Source: Eledone cirrhosa | Lineage: Eukaryota | Direction: 5' to 3' | Assembly (NCBI GenBank): GCA_964016885.1 | Contig: OZ024754.1 | Span: 29,574,001 to 29,638,000 of the forward strand | Length of the DNA: 64,000 bases | Shown here: positions 1-11,725 of the stretch, one piece after another | Layout of the letters: every line of letters begins with the position of its first letter | Position numbering within the stretch: position 1 is the stretch's first letter | Made by a program: the position numbers and the translations under genes | Notes under the pieces: generated by a model | Databases searched by the model: none | Told to the model about the DNA's origin: nothing | The model's input: only the letters and a program-made list of their open reading frames with translations

Positions 1-451
1 CACACACTTTGGTATTCATTGTCGATAGACGAGACTGAATAAATTATTTGCTAATGTTGAATACGCCATTGGAATGAGAACAGTCTAAGAAGTAAATTCA
101 TGCATTCAAATCCACTGTGTAGTTAGTTACTAATTCAGTTAATTGCCATTTTTTCTACATCATCTAAAACGTCCATAAATTCTAATAATTGTAATATCCA
201 TAAATGGCCGATAAACATCTGTGTTACTTTTGTAATAGTAACGTAATTGTTGGTAATCAAATAAATATACTATTAACCATCATTGAACGGAGAATGTGCT
301 AGGGAAAATAATTCAAACTTAATAAAAAAAAAAAGTCAAGATAGAAATTTTATCCACAGATTTTGTGAAATCCATGGAAAAAATCAATAGTCTTAACTCA
401 GAATATAATTGAGGTTAAATACTCATCCTTCAATTTGGAAAAACTACAAAT

Positions 452-532
452 GCTCTTTATAGTCTTAAAAAGACTATTTCACGAAACTTTTCAGTGGGGT
501 TAGTCACGTTTGTAGTCGTTCATCAGTAGAGC
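452..532 (-). ncRNA. Type I hammerhead ribozyme in a PLE pLTR-like remnant (~340-580)
   Basis: Minus strand reads GCUCUa-CUGAUGA-ACGA..UCGU-GAAA-UAGUC(loop)GACUA-UA-aAGAGC. Core is complete, stem III has 6 bp and the cleavage triplet is AUA. Homologous to 47332-47413. Confidence 0.8.
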
Positions 533-701
533 CCAAACACGATAACCAAAATCACTGCTAAAATATGCCAGAAAGGGAATATATATATATTTATATATAT
601 ATATATTTAGCTGACTCGATATGCAAATTAGGCTGCTCAGCCGTTAATTTTCATAAGGAAAGTATATACTTTCGAACGTTCAACTATCTGGCAGATGGGT
701 A

Positions 702-746
702 AACGGTGCTGATGATAGCTAACAAGCTTGAAACTAGTACATCGTT
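702..746 (+). ncRNA. Minimal type I hammerhead ribozyme (array A, unit 1)
   Basis: AACGGUG-CUGAUGA-uAGCU(AACA)AGCUu-GAAA-CUAG-UA/CAUCGUU. Stem I has 7 bp, stem III is the palindrome ACUAGU, and cleavage is predicted after 739. Confidence 0.88.
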
Positions 747-911
747 CCTCTGTCAGTGTTGAACAAAAAGGTGACGTGGTTGCCTTAACACCGTATGGCA
801 TAAATTCAGGCTGTTCGCTTTGTTGACAAACAAACGAACAAAGCGGCCGGCGTTATAATAAACGTCGGCTAAACTGATGCGTGCATATATGTATGTGTAC
901 CTGTATGCATA

Positions 912-960
<49 letters not shown>

Positions 961-1197
961 GCGTGCTACTGTACGTCTGTATACATATATGTTTGTACGT
1001 ATACATACATACTTACATTTAAGTAAGTGCCATACTAAGAGTGAGAAATGAAATTTCGTTTTCATTTTTTTCAACTTATCGTTTTCGGTATGCCTGACCG
1101 ATTTAACTTACTCAATATACAAATTAGGCTGCTCAGCCGTTAATTTTCATAAGGAAAGTATATACTTTCGAACGTTCAACTATCTGGCAGATGGGTA

Positions 1198-1242
1198 AAC
1201 GGTGCTGATGATAGCTAACAAGCTTGAAACTAGTACATCGTT
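1198..1242 (+). ncRNA. Minimal type I hammerhead ribozyme (array A, unit 2)
   Basis: Identical to 702-746. Confidence 0.88.
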
Positions 1243-1407
1243 CCTGTGTCAGTGTTGAACAAAAAGGTGACGTGGTTGCCTTAACACCGTATGGCATAAA
1301 TTCAGGCTGTTCGCTTTGTTGACAAACAAACGAACAAAGCGGCCGGCGTTATAATAAACGTCGGCTAAACTGATGCGTGCATATATGTATGTGTACCTGT
1401 ATGCATA

Positions 1408-1479
<72 letters not shown>

Positions 1480-1713
1480 TGCTACTGTACGTCTGTATAC
1501 ATATATGTATGTACGTATACATACATACTTACATTTAAGTAAGTGCCATACTAAGAGTGAGAAATGAAATTTCGTTTTCATTTTTTTCAACTTATCGTTT
1601 TCGGTATGCCTGACCGATTTAACTCACTGAATATGCAAATTAGGCTGCTCAGCCGTTAATTTTCATAAGGAAAGTATATACTTTCGAACGTTCAACTATC
1701 TGGCAGATGGGTA

Positions 1714-1758
1714 AACGGTGCTGATGATAGCTAACAAGCTTTAAACTAGTACATCGTT
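1714..1758 (+). ncRNA. Hammerhead ribozyme copy with catalytic G12>U mutation (array A, unit 3)
   Basis: GAAA reads TAAA at 1742-1745; the rest is identical to units 1-2. Confidence 0.8.
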
Positions 1759-1923
1759 CCTGCGTCAGTGTTGAACAAAAAGGTGACGTGGTTGCCTTAA
1801 CACCGTATGGCATAAATTCAGGCTGTTCGCTTTGTTGACAAACAAACGAACAAAGCGGCCGGCGTTATAATAAACGTCGGCTAAACTGATGCGTGCATAT
1901 ATGCATGTGTACCTGTATGCATA

Positions 1924-1970
<47 letters not shown>

Positions 1971-2023
1971 GCGTGCTACTGTACGTCTGTATACATATAT
2001 GTATGTACGTATACATACATACT

Positions 2024-2072
<49 letters not shown>

Positions 2073-2076
2073 GTAT

Positions 2077-2124
<48 letters not shown>

Positions 2125-2125
2125 G

Positions 2126-2178
<53 letters not shown>

Positions 2179-2263
2179 AAAGTTATATTTAAATTGTTGG
2201 GTTAACAACGAGTAAATATTTATAACTGATATCAAAGCACTCAACAAGTATTTGGACTATATC

Positions 2264-2303
<40 letters not shown>

Positions 2304-2308
2304 ATATA

Positions 2309-2387
<79 letters not shown>

Positions 2388-2394
<7 letters not shown>

Positions 2395-2528
2395 TTAGAA
2401 ATTATAAGCTTTCACCGTATTTTAGACTAAAGAAATTTCTAGCCTGATAGTGGGGTTTATAACCCTCGGAGAAATGGAAAAAGATGAGTGTTGCCGTACG
2501 GTGAAAGCTTATAATTTCTAATTTCTAA
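2388..2528. repeat. Inverted repeat (32-bp arms) abutting (TA)n
   Basis: TTAGAAATTAGAAATTATAAGCTTTCACCGTA ... TACGGTGAAAGCTTATAATTTCTAATTTCTAA. Confidence 0.85.
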
Positions 2529-2754
2529 TTTCAAACTCGCGCACCGTTTCAAAAGCATACTTACATTTTTACGCTTATAATTTGCTTGTATATATATATA
2601 TATATTTATATATTTGTTTTGCAAGGTTTTTGATATGAAATCATATGTTGAAACAAATATTGTTAGATTTGGGGAGGGTCATATTGTTAAAATATGGAGA
2701 AAAAAGACAGAGAAAAAGAAAGAAGAGGAAAGGTTGAAGAAAAAAGATAAAAGA

Positions 2755-2980
2755 TAAAAGAAAAAGAAAAAGAAAAAGAAAAAGAAAAAGAAAAAGAAAA
2801 AGAAAAAGGAAAATAAAAATAAAATTAAAAATAAAAATAAAAATAAAAATAAAAATAAAAATAAAAATAAAAATAAAAATAAAAATAAAAATAAAAATAA
2901 AAATAAAAATAAAAATAAAAATAAAAATAAAAATAAAAATAAAAATAAAAATAAAAATAAAAATAAAAATAAAAATAAAA
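2755..2980 (+). repeat. (AAAAAG)n/(AAAAAT)n hexanucleotide microsatellite
   Basis: Read directly from the sequence. Confidence 0.95.
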
Positions 2981-3432
2981 ACAAAGAGAGAAAAACAACA
3001 AAGATAACAACAATAAATGAATAAATGCTAATAAACAAGTTACAACGAGGATGATAAAAAAAACATACAAAATATGATAAAAAAATAAATAAAAAATGTT
3101 ATGTGTGTGTGAGGAAAAGTAAACATAGTATGATTATTGAGTGTAGCTGTGGTGTTGGTGGTTAAAATATAGAGATATGATGGTATAAACATGAAAATGT
3201 TAAATATATTCATGGATGTATTAGTTACATTTATAAATAAATAAATAAATTAATTAATTAATTGTAAGTTATATTAGAATTGAAAATAATACGATAAGAT
3301 ATAATGTAAGAGATGAAATAAATTTAGGGAAAGAAATAGAAAGATAGAAAATGAAAAAGAGAAAATATAAAATATAAAAGGTTATGATGTAGGTTCGTTG
3401 ACAGTTGATGACAATAATAATAATAATGTGTT

Positions 3433-3699
3433 CATAAGTTTACTCTATAACTAACCGTAATCTTATGAACACAACGACGCTCGCCAATAAAATCTGGCAG
3501 CTCAAAGATACAAACCAGGAAGGAATACAGAATTAGCTGGGTGAAGTTGTCAACGGCAATAGCCTATATAATTGGCATGTCCCATTGTAAACTTTGCAAT
3601 ATGGAATTATTCCATATTTCAAAATACAACAAAACTGAACGATCAATTTTCTGTAGACATAAAACGGCGAGCAAATTCGATAATTTCAGACCAACTTAA
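3433..3699 (+). pseudogene. PLE endonuclease C-terminal fragment (Hydra-clade-like), frameshifted
   Basis: TTLANKIWQLKD / YRISW..CKLCNMELFHI..ERSIFCRHK..F*. This matches the T.L..IW.LK..W..C.LC..E..CRH pattern of PLE EN C-termini. Confidence 0.7.
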
Positions 3700-3779
3700 T
3701 GCGTCCCATGTATTCCATAATTCAAAATGAACCACCTGAATCTATTATAATAACCTATTATCATTATTATTATTATTAA

Positions 3780-3956
3780 GGGCGGTGAATTGGCAGTATC
3801 GGTAGAGGGGTGGACGCCATGCTTTCTAGCATACTTACGTCCCTTTACGGTCTGAGTTCAAATCCCGCCGAGGTTAACTTTGCCTTTCATCCGTACGGGG
3901 GTCGATAAAATAAAGTACCAGTAATTGCTGGCCTTGTGCCAAAAGTAGAAACAATT
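3780..3956 (+). mobile_element. tRNA-derived SINE with Nin/Deu-like central domain
   Basis: A box TGGCAGTATCGG, B box GAGTTCAAATCC, domain GCCTTTCATCC..GGGGTCGATAAAATAAAGTACCAG. Many copies in the window. Confidence 0.85.
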
Positions 3957-4797
3957 ATTATTATCATTGTTATCAACTGTCAATGAACCAACATCATAAC
4001 CTTTTATATATATATTTTCTCTCTTTCATTTTCTATCTTTCTATTTCTATCCTTAAATTTATTTCATCTCTTACATTATATCTTATCGTATTATTTTCAC
4101 TTCTAATATAACTTACAATTAATTAATTAATTTATTTATTTATTAATGTAACTAATACATGCATGAATATATTTAACATTTTCATATTTATACAATCATA
4201 TCTCTATATTTTAACCACCAACACCACAACTACACTCAATAATCATACTATGTTTATTTTCTTCGCACACAAAACATTTTTTTATTTATTATTTTGTCAT
4301 ATTTTGTATTGTTTTTTATCATCCTCGTTGTAACTTGTTTATTAGCATTTTTTTCTCTCTGTTTTTCTTTTTCTTTTATCTTTTTCTTTATCTTTCATCT
4401 TTTTTCTTCACATTTTTCTCTTCTTTCTTTTTTCTCTATATCTTTTTTCTTTTTTCTTTTTTCTTTTTTCTTTTTTCTTTTTTCTTTTTTCTTTTTTCTT
4501 TTTTCTTTTTTCTTTTTTCTTTTTTCTTTTTTCTTTTTCTCTCTTTTCTCTCTCTCTCTTTCTTTTTTCTCTCTCTCTTTCTTTATTAATGATGTTGTAA
4601 TTTGAATTTGTAAACACTGAGCATATTTTTAACAGTCCCTTCTGATGATCTGTTTAAGCTAACAACGTATTCAAAATTGAGTGGCACAGCTTCAAGTGTT
4701 CAGCAATTGTTAGACAACTTAATCATTGAAACAAATGTTAATACTGTAAATAAAACCCTTTTTAGTACTGTTGACCATGTTATTCTTCACTCTTTCA

Positions 4798-4905
<108 letters not shown>

Positions 4906-5004
4906 TATATTATATATATATATATATAATATAAGATCAAAAGATGGTTAAAAGAGTTCCATGTATTTTATTATGAACATTTCAAAAACAAATATCATCA
5001 TGGA

Positions 5005-5112
5005 ATGAAATAAAGTGTCTTGCTCAAGGACATAACGCATCGCCTGTCCAGGAATCAAACTCACAACCTAACAATTGCGAATCCAATTCTCTTACCGCTC
5101 AGCCACGCTCCT
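5005..5112 (-). mobile_element. Second tRNA-headed SINE family, 5' part
   Basis: Minus strand GGAGCGTGGCTGAGCGGTAAG..GAGTTTGATTCC..TGTCCTTGAGCAAGACACTT. A related copy lies at 16080-16200. Confidence 0.65.
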
Positions 5113-5113
5113 T

Positions 5114-5306
<193 letters not shown>

Positions 5307-5376
5307 TTATGAAGAGAGAAGAAACATTTAGATATAATTAGTAATAATATGTATCATACCTAAACTGCTCCTAGAT

Positions 5377-5466
5377 TCCTCGACTACGTAGTTTCGTGGC
5401 ATAAACAAAAACAATACATCATAAAGATATAGAGTCCTTGCGAGGTCTGCCGACTTATCAAGAGGA
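5377..5466 (-). ncRNA. Decayed type I hammerhead ribozyme between two (TA)n tracts
   Basis: UCCUC-uUGAUaA-GUcGGCA..UGCCAC-GAAA-CUACGUAG-UC/GAGGA. Stems I and III are intact; two core substitutions. Confidence 0.7.
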
Positions 5467-5557
5467 TACCTCATTTTACTAGCTTCAAGAACGCGTCTAC
5501 ACGACGTGAGAAAGAATCCCAAAAGGCGCAGGGGGAGATAGTCACGCGATATAACGG

Positions 5558-5696
<139 letters not shown>

Positions 5697-5706
5697 CATA
5701 TATATG

Positions 5707-5777
<71 letters not shown>

Positions 5778-5781
<4 letters not shown>

Positions 5782-5927
5782 TTATTAAAATAACAGATTA
5801 AAGTTTAAGCAAAGAATCGCTGCTTTCACCCTTAACGGGATCTTCTGAAACTAGTTTCAGAAGATCCCGTTAAGGGTGAAAGCAGCGATTCTTTGCTTAA
5901 ACTTTAATCTGTTATTTTAATAAATAT
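5778..5927. repeat. Perfect 150-bp palindrome (75-bp arms, no spacer) with an HHR-like remnant
   Basis: Centre is GAAACT|AGTTTC at 5852/5853. The arm contains CAGAAGA-uCCC(GUUAA)GGGu-GAAA. The same family recurs, rearranged, at 11295-11467. Confidence 0.9.
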
Positions 5928-6009
5928 TTGCTCTACGGTTCTTATATATTTGATATATATTTTCCTTATCGAGCCCTCTTTGGATTTTAGTCTTCAATTT
6001 TATTATTAT

Positions 6010-6087
<78 letters not shown>

Positions 6088-6093
6088 GTATAT

Positions 6094-7663
6094 ATAAAAG
6101 TAGCGAAACAAACGGTTATCAAACAATTTTCTAAATAAATTAAAAAATGATTAAATAATCACCTGTTCAGATGCTGTTACCGACGGTTTCATCATTCCAA
6201 AAGATTGGAAATCCAACGAATTTCCAATGGAAAGAAATGAATCTTCAGACACAAGTACATTGTACCTGTTGAAGTATCCATCCACTTCTATAATTTATTC
6301 TCCTTACGTAGAGAACAAAACGTTGAATAATGCCGCTAATTTTAGTGGCAATTCGACATGTTTATAATATCCAGCTTTTATCAGCGACCTGATTTGCGTG
6401 TGTGTCACTTTAACGGCTTGACCGCATGCGTTGGGCAGGGAGCATAATATTTACTTGCTATACCTTATAGCGTGGAAATAGGGCTGTCTGAAGATTCATT
6501 TCTTTCCATTGGAAATTCGTTGGATTTCCAATCTTTTGGAATGATGAAACCGTCGGTAACAGCATCTGAACAGGTGATTATTTAATCATTTTTTAATTTA
6601 TTTAGAAAATTGTTTGATAACCGTTTGTTTCGCTACTTTTATATTGTTCTGGTATCTCGAATTAGTGCCATTGAACCATATGTATTATAAACAACTTGAA
6701 TATTTCTACAAGTACATTGTACCTGTTGAAGTATCCATCCACTTCTATAATTTATTCTCCTTACGTAGAGAACAAAACGTTGAATAATGCCGCTAATTTT
6801 AGTGGCAATTCGACATGTTTATAATATCCAGCTTTTATCAGCGACCTGATTTGCGTGTGTGTCACTTTAACGGCTTGACCGCATGCGTTGGGCAGGGAGC
6901 ATAATATTTACTTGCTATACCTTATAGCGTGGAAATAGGGCTGTCTGAAGATTCATTTCTTTCCATTGGAAATTCGTTGGATTTCCAATCTTTTGGAATG
7001 ATGAAACCGTCGGTAACAGCATCTGAACAGGTGATTATTTAATCATTTTTTAATTTATTTAGAAAATTGTTTGATAACCGTTTGTTTCGCTACTTTTATA
7101 TTGTTCTGGTATCTCGAATTAGTGCCATTGAACCACATGTATTATAAACAACTTGAATATTTCTACAAGTACATTGTACCTGTTGAAGTATCCATCCACT
7201 TCTATAATTTATTCTCCTTACCTAGAGAACAAAACGTTGAATAATGCCGCTAATTTTAGTGGCAATTCGACATGTTTATAATATCCAGCTTTTATCAGCG
7301 ACCTGATTTGCGTGTGTGTCACTTTAACGGCTTGACCGCATGCGTTGGGCAGGGAGCATAATATTTACTTGCTATACCTTATAGCGTGGAAATAGGGCTG
7401 TCTGAAGATTCATTTCTTTCCATTGGAAATTCTTTGGATTTCCAATCTTTTGGAATGATGAAACCGTCGGTAACAGCATCTGAACAGGTGATTATTTAAT
7501 CATTTTTTAATTTATTTAGAAAATTGTTTGATAACCGTTTGTTTCGCTACTTTTATATTGTTCTGGTATCTCGAATTAGTGCCATTGAACCACATGTATT
7601 ATAAACAACTTGAATATTTCTACAAGTACATTGTACCTGTTGAAGTATCCATCCACTTCTATA
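6094..7663 (+). mobile_element. Tandem array B: 3.1 direct copies of a 457-bp HHR unit preceded by an inverted 158-bp segment
   Basis: ACAAGTACATTG recurs at 6251, 6708, 7165 and 7622. 6094-6251 is the reverse complement of the HHR region. (TA)n on both sides. Confidence 0.9.
6483..6563 (+). ncRNA. Type I hammerhead ribozyme with extended stem II (array B; also 6940-7020, 7397-7477 and inverted 6173-6251)
   Basis: GCUGU-CUGAAGA-uUCAU..UUGGAAAU(loop)AUUUCCAA..AUGAu-GAAA-CC(GUC)GG-UA/ACAGC. Confidence 0.85.
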
Positions 7664-7670
7664 ATATATG

Positions 7671-7767
<97 letters not shown>

Positions 7768-7775
7768 AAGGATAT

Positions 7776-7830
7776 ATACTCTGATATGCCCAGTTCCTAG
7801 TTGGGTTGTTAATTCACTGAGGAACTGGAG

Positions 7831-7864
<34 letters not shown>

Positions 7865-8185
7865 CTCCAGTTCCTCAGTGAATTAACAACCCAACTAGGA
7901 ACTGGGCATACCAGAGTATTGACAATATTATACACCTAAACAACATATGTACTTGTCTATACCATACTAATTCAAACTGCCTGAGGAGGTCACAGCCAAA
8001 GATGGCTGTCACTGAAATATATATAGCAGTAATAAACGAAGCTAAATTTTATCATTTGACTTTTATTTAACTTTATTTTACACTACTCCGGAGTAACCAA
8101 ACCAACCTACGCACTTCGTCGAGTGCTCCAGCCTGCATACTGAGGTGTTGGCATACAACCAACATAAACTCAAAATCTCTCTCTA
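7776..8185 (+). mobile_element. PLE pLTR-like remnant with a short inverted duplication across (TA)n
   Basis: 7776-7832 is the reverse complement of 7862-7918. A second family copy lies at 28022-28268 on the minus strand. Confidence 0.7.
7976..8030 (+). ncRNA. Type I hammerhead ribozyme
   Basis: ACUGC-CUGAGGA-GGUcACAGCCA(AAGA)UGGCUGUcACU-GAAA-UAUAUA-UA/GCAGU. Confidence 0.85.
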
Positions 8186-8206
8186 TATATATATGTGTGT
8201 GTGTGT

Positions 8207-8311
<105 letters not shown>

Positions 8312-9074
8312 ATTATTACTTTATAGTCTCTACTATTTACATTTCTTATTGCACTGGAGCCAGTTCATTCTTCTCTATATTTTCTCTGTAACATTGTTGC
8401 AATCTTCTGCCAGGTAAATAAATTTCTATTAGATTTATTAGAGATTTATAGTAGAAAGTCACGAAGAGATTCTGCATTGTTTTAGTTAATGGTATTTTTA
8501 CGTAAATATCAGATCAGATATTTTCAATGTGACAAAATCGTGTGCAATTTTGCATCTGGATTAAAAGTCAATAGGTAAAGTCTTCAGTAATCTGATAATT
8601 CGTTTTGAAAGCTCTCTATATGTTTACTAGTACTATACGTATCAAAGATATGATAGAGATTTGGCTAAGAAATAATCAAAAGTCACTAGAGTTGCTACAC
8701 TCACTCAAATCGTTTAGTGATATTGTACATATTTTTACTCATTGTACTATTTAATGAGTGTAGGCATAGTTGTGTAGCTAAGAGGTGTATCTCATAATAA
8801 CCTAGTCTCGATTTCCATAGCATAGTGTCTTGGGCCAGAGTCGTCGACCGTATCTTCGCTTCAATCTAAGTGGTATTTGATAGACCGTAAATCGTTGGAA
8901 GCCCATTCATCGACCATTCCTCTTGTTTAGCGGGAGAGTTTATCTGTCACCCAGTATAAAACATCCACACAGACTTTATGTTTCCTATGTTATTGTATAG
9001 CTTATTCCAATAAGAACGACACCATTGGATCTATACAATTAGACCCACTATAATCCAATGTTCACTTGTTAGGA

Positions 9075-9498
9075 AATGTTTCTACTTTAGGTACAAGGCC
9101 GATAATTTGAAGGGAAAGGGAAAATCGTGTAAATCGACCAGAGTGCATTACTGATGCTTTATTTATCGACCCCGTAAGATTGAAAGGCAAAGCCACCCTC
9201 GGCGGGATTTGAGAGGAAATGATTGTTTCTACTTTTGGCACAAGGCCACCAATTATCCCAGTGTATTACTGGTACTTTATTTTATCAACTCCGTAAGGAT
9301 GAAAGGCAAAATTAACCTCGGCGGGATTTGAACTCAGACCATAAAGGGCTGTAACTTTTGGTGCAAAGCATGGCGTCCGACCCTCTACCGATACTGCCAA
9401 TCCACCGCCTGTACTGCCAATCTACCACCCTAGCTGCCAATCCACCGCCCTTACTGCCAGTCCACCGCCCTTACTGCCAATCCACCGCCCTTACTGCC
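9075..9498 (-). mobile_element. Two adjacent Nin/Deu-type SINE copies; the second has a 20-bp tandemly amplified 5' end
   Basis: Reverse complement of the SINE consensus at 9075-9212 and 9222-9410. ACTGCCAATCCACCGCCCTT occurs ~5 times at 9392-9498. Confidence 0.8.
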
Positions 9499-11081
9499 GA
9501 ACCGTTACATGGGGATCAAGGGCCCTGTCGTATCTGGTGCCAGGTATCCACTGGAGAATATCTATCGTATGTATTCTCTAAATACTCTTTCATCTCGTAT
9601 GGGCAATGCAAAATATCCAGATATGAAGTTATTCTCAGACGAGAAATTTGGTCAGAGTGCTTACAACAACTCAGTTGATCTCAATGTCTAAGAGATTTAT
9701 ATAAAGATTAACAGAATTAAGTGATATAAATATAGCCAATGATAAAACTTCTATAATAGCACACAGAAGCCTTGAAAAAACATCACCAGTAGAGCAGCAA
9801 AGCTGCCAATTTGTATTGGGAAAGTTGACGAAAATTAGTGATTATAAATAAATAAACCAGACAGACATTATCATATTCATATTCATATTCATATTACCAT
9901 TGTTGTTATTATTTCACTTTATTGATTTAATAAATACTTTTTTTATTTATATCGCGAAACAATGTAATTTTCTAACCCGGGTAACCAATTAAAAAGAGTT
10001 GAATCTATTCCCGTTCAGCCTATAATCTCTTCACCTGAAGAAGAGGTAAAACAGCTAAAACGAACGGTAAAGATTAAACGTCAAGGATTTAATCGATAAG
10101 CAATTAAATAAGCAACCCTTTGGGAATTCTGTAGATTCTTTTGAAAAGTTAATGTATTGAGGAAGTGGAATTCATTTGGCAAGAAGGTTTAATGCAGAAT
10201 GTGTAATTAAAACTAAATTTGTTTTGCCATGTTCATAAAAGAAATACTTGGTCTTCGAAGGATCGCTTATGCGTTGAACTGACGGGAGGAACAACATATG
10301 ATTTCTTTACAGAAAGAAATAGAGAGTGGGCTGGAGCTTTTACACTGTGGTCCCAGAATATGGATAAAGAAGCTTATAAATTTTAAAATTTGTAACGAAT
10401 TGAGAGAATGGAAGCCAATCGTCAGACCGAACCACGAAAACTGTTTTTATTTCTATTTTCATGGCTGATAATGCCTGCGTGCTGCAACTGCTCACAGAAG
10501 AAAGCATGATTTTAATTCAGAACTCATAGCACAAAACATTCGTATAAATTTTTAACAATTTTGTCAATCCACCAATCCTGGATTGGTACTGATCGCTATT
10601 GATATGATGAAGAGCGAGATTGATCGTGGTGAGATTTGAACTCAGTGAGCCGAGAGCCAGAACAAATACTGAGACATTTAATCCGATGCCCTAAAGACCT
10701 TCGCCGCCAATTGTATCAAAAAGGTACTAAAGTCAACTTCACTCTACACTGCACCTTTACAAAAGCTATCGTTATATCTATACACTTAACATGATAAGTC
10801 TCGAAATATGCCAATCAGGATACGTAACTGAATAGATATTAACTTGCAATCATTGAATGACTGCTTGTGATGCAGAGGTGGAATTGAAAGGAAAACTATA
10901 TCAATTATTATTCTAAGCTTACACAAGCAGTACTTATTAATGCGTAAAACAGCTAGATAACAACTCATTTATTACAGTGTAATACTTTCATTATAAATGT
11001 TTAATATACATCTAGTCCAGTAACAATTTCAGTATATATATTTTGTATATATCAAATATTGATTTTGCAGGCCTAAAATAA

Positions 11082-11175
11082 CTGTTTCTACTTTTGGCAC
11101 AAGGCCAGCAATTATCCTAGTGTATTACTGGTACTTTATTTTATCGACCCCGTCAGGATGAAAGGCAAAGTTAAC
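11082..11175 (-). mobile_element. SINE 3' fragment
   Basis: Reverse complement of the SINE 3' half. Confidence 0.75.
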
Positions 11176-11253
11176 TACTCACATAGAAAATACAAAACAA
11201 AGACTGCCTTATCTGTCCATCAAAAATCAGAAGAAGAAACACAGTAACCTGTT

Positions 11254-11297
<44 letters not shown>

Positions 11298-11462
11298 ATA
11301 ATAATAAATTTCAAGACTAAAACCCAAAGAGGGCTCGATAAGGATAAATATATATCAAATATATAAGAACCGTAGAGCAAATATTTATTAAAATAACAGA
11401 AGATCCCGTTAAGGGTGAAAGCAGCGATTCTTTGCTTAAACTTTAATCTGTTATTTTAATAA

Positions 11463-11617
<155 letters not shown>

Positions 11618-11725
11618 CATACATACATACATACATACATACATGCATACATACATACATACATACATACATACATACATACATACATACATACATACAT
11701 ACATACATACATACATACATACATA

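Larger units (their letters stand above)
620..2030 (+). mobile_element. Tandem array A: ~2.8 copies of a 496-516 bp HHR-bearing unit (retrozyme or PLE pLTR concatemer)
   Basis: Near-identical units start at 621, 1117 and 1633 and differ mainly in internal (TA)n length. One HHR per unit; flanked by (TA)n. Confidence 0.85.
3022..4350 (+). mobile_element. 5'-truncated Penelope-like element with inverted pLTR pair (3022-3427 vs 3955-4350)
   Basis: ~400-bp diverged inverted repeats enclose a GIY-YIG C-terminal fragment and a SINE insertion. Confidence 0.75.

Noticed and set aside
3780-3870. tRNA genes at A/B-box sites
   Set aside because: No cloverleaf, and always followed by the SINE body.
4630-4670. 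Isolated CTGATGA motifs (4641, also minus-strand 15124 and 18800)
   Set aside because: No matching GAAA and stems, or too degenerate to call.
9509-9691. 60-aa ORF next to a SINE
   Set aside because: No recognisable motif or splice context.
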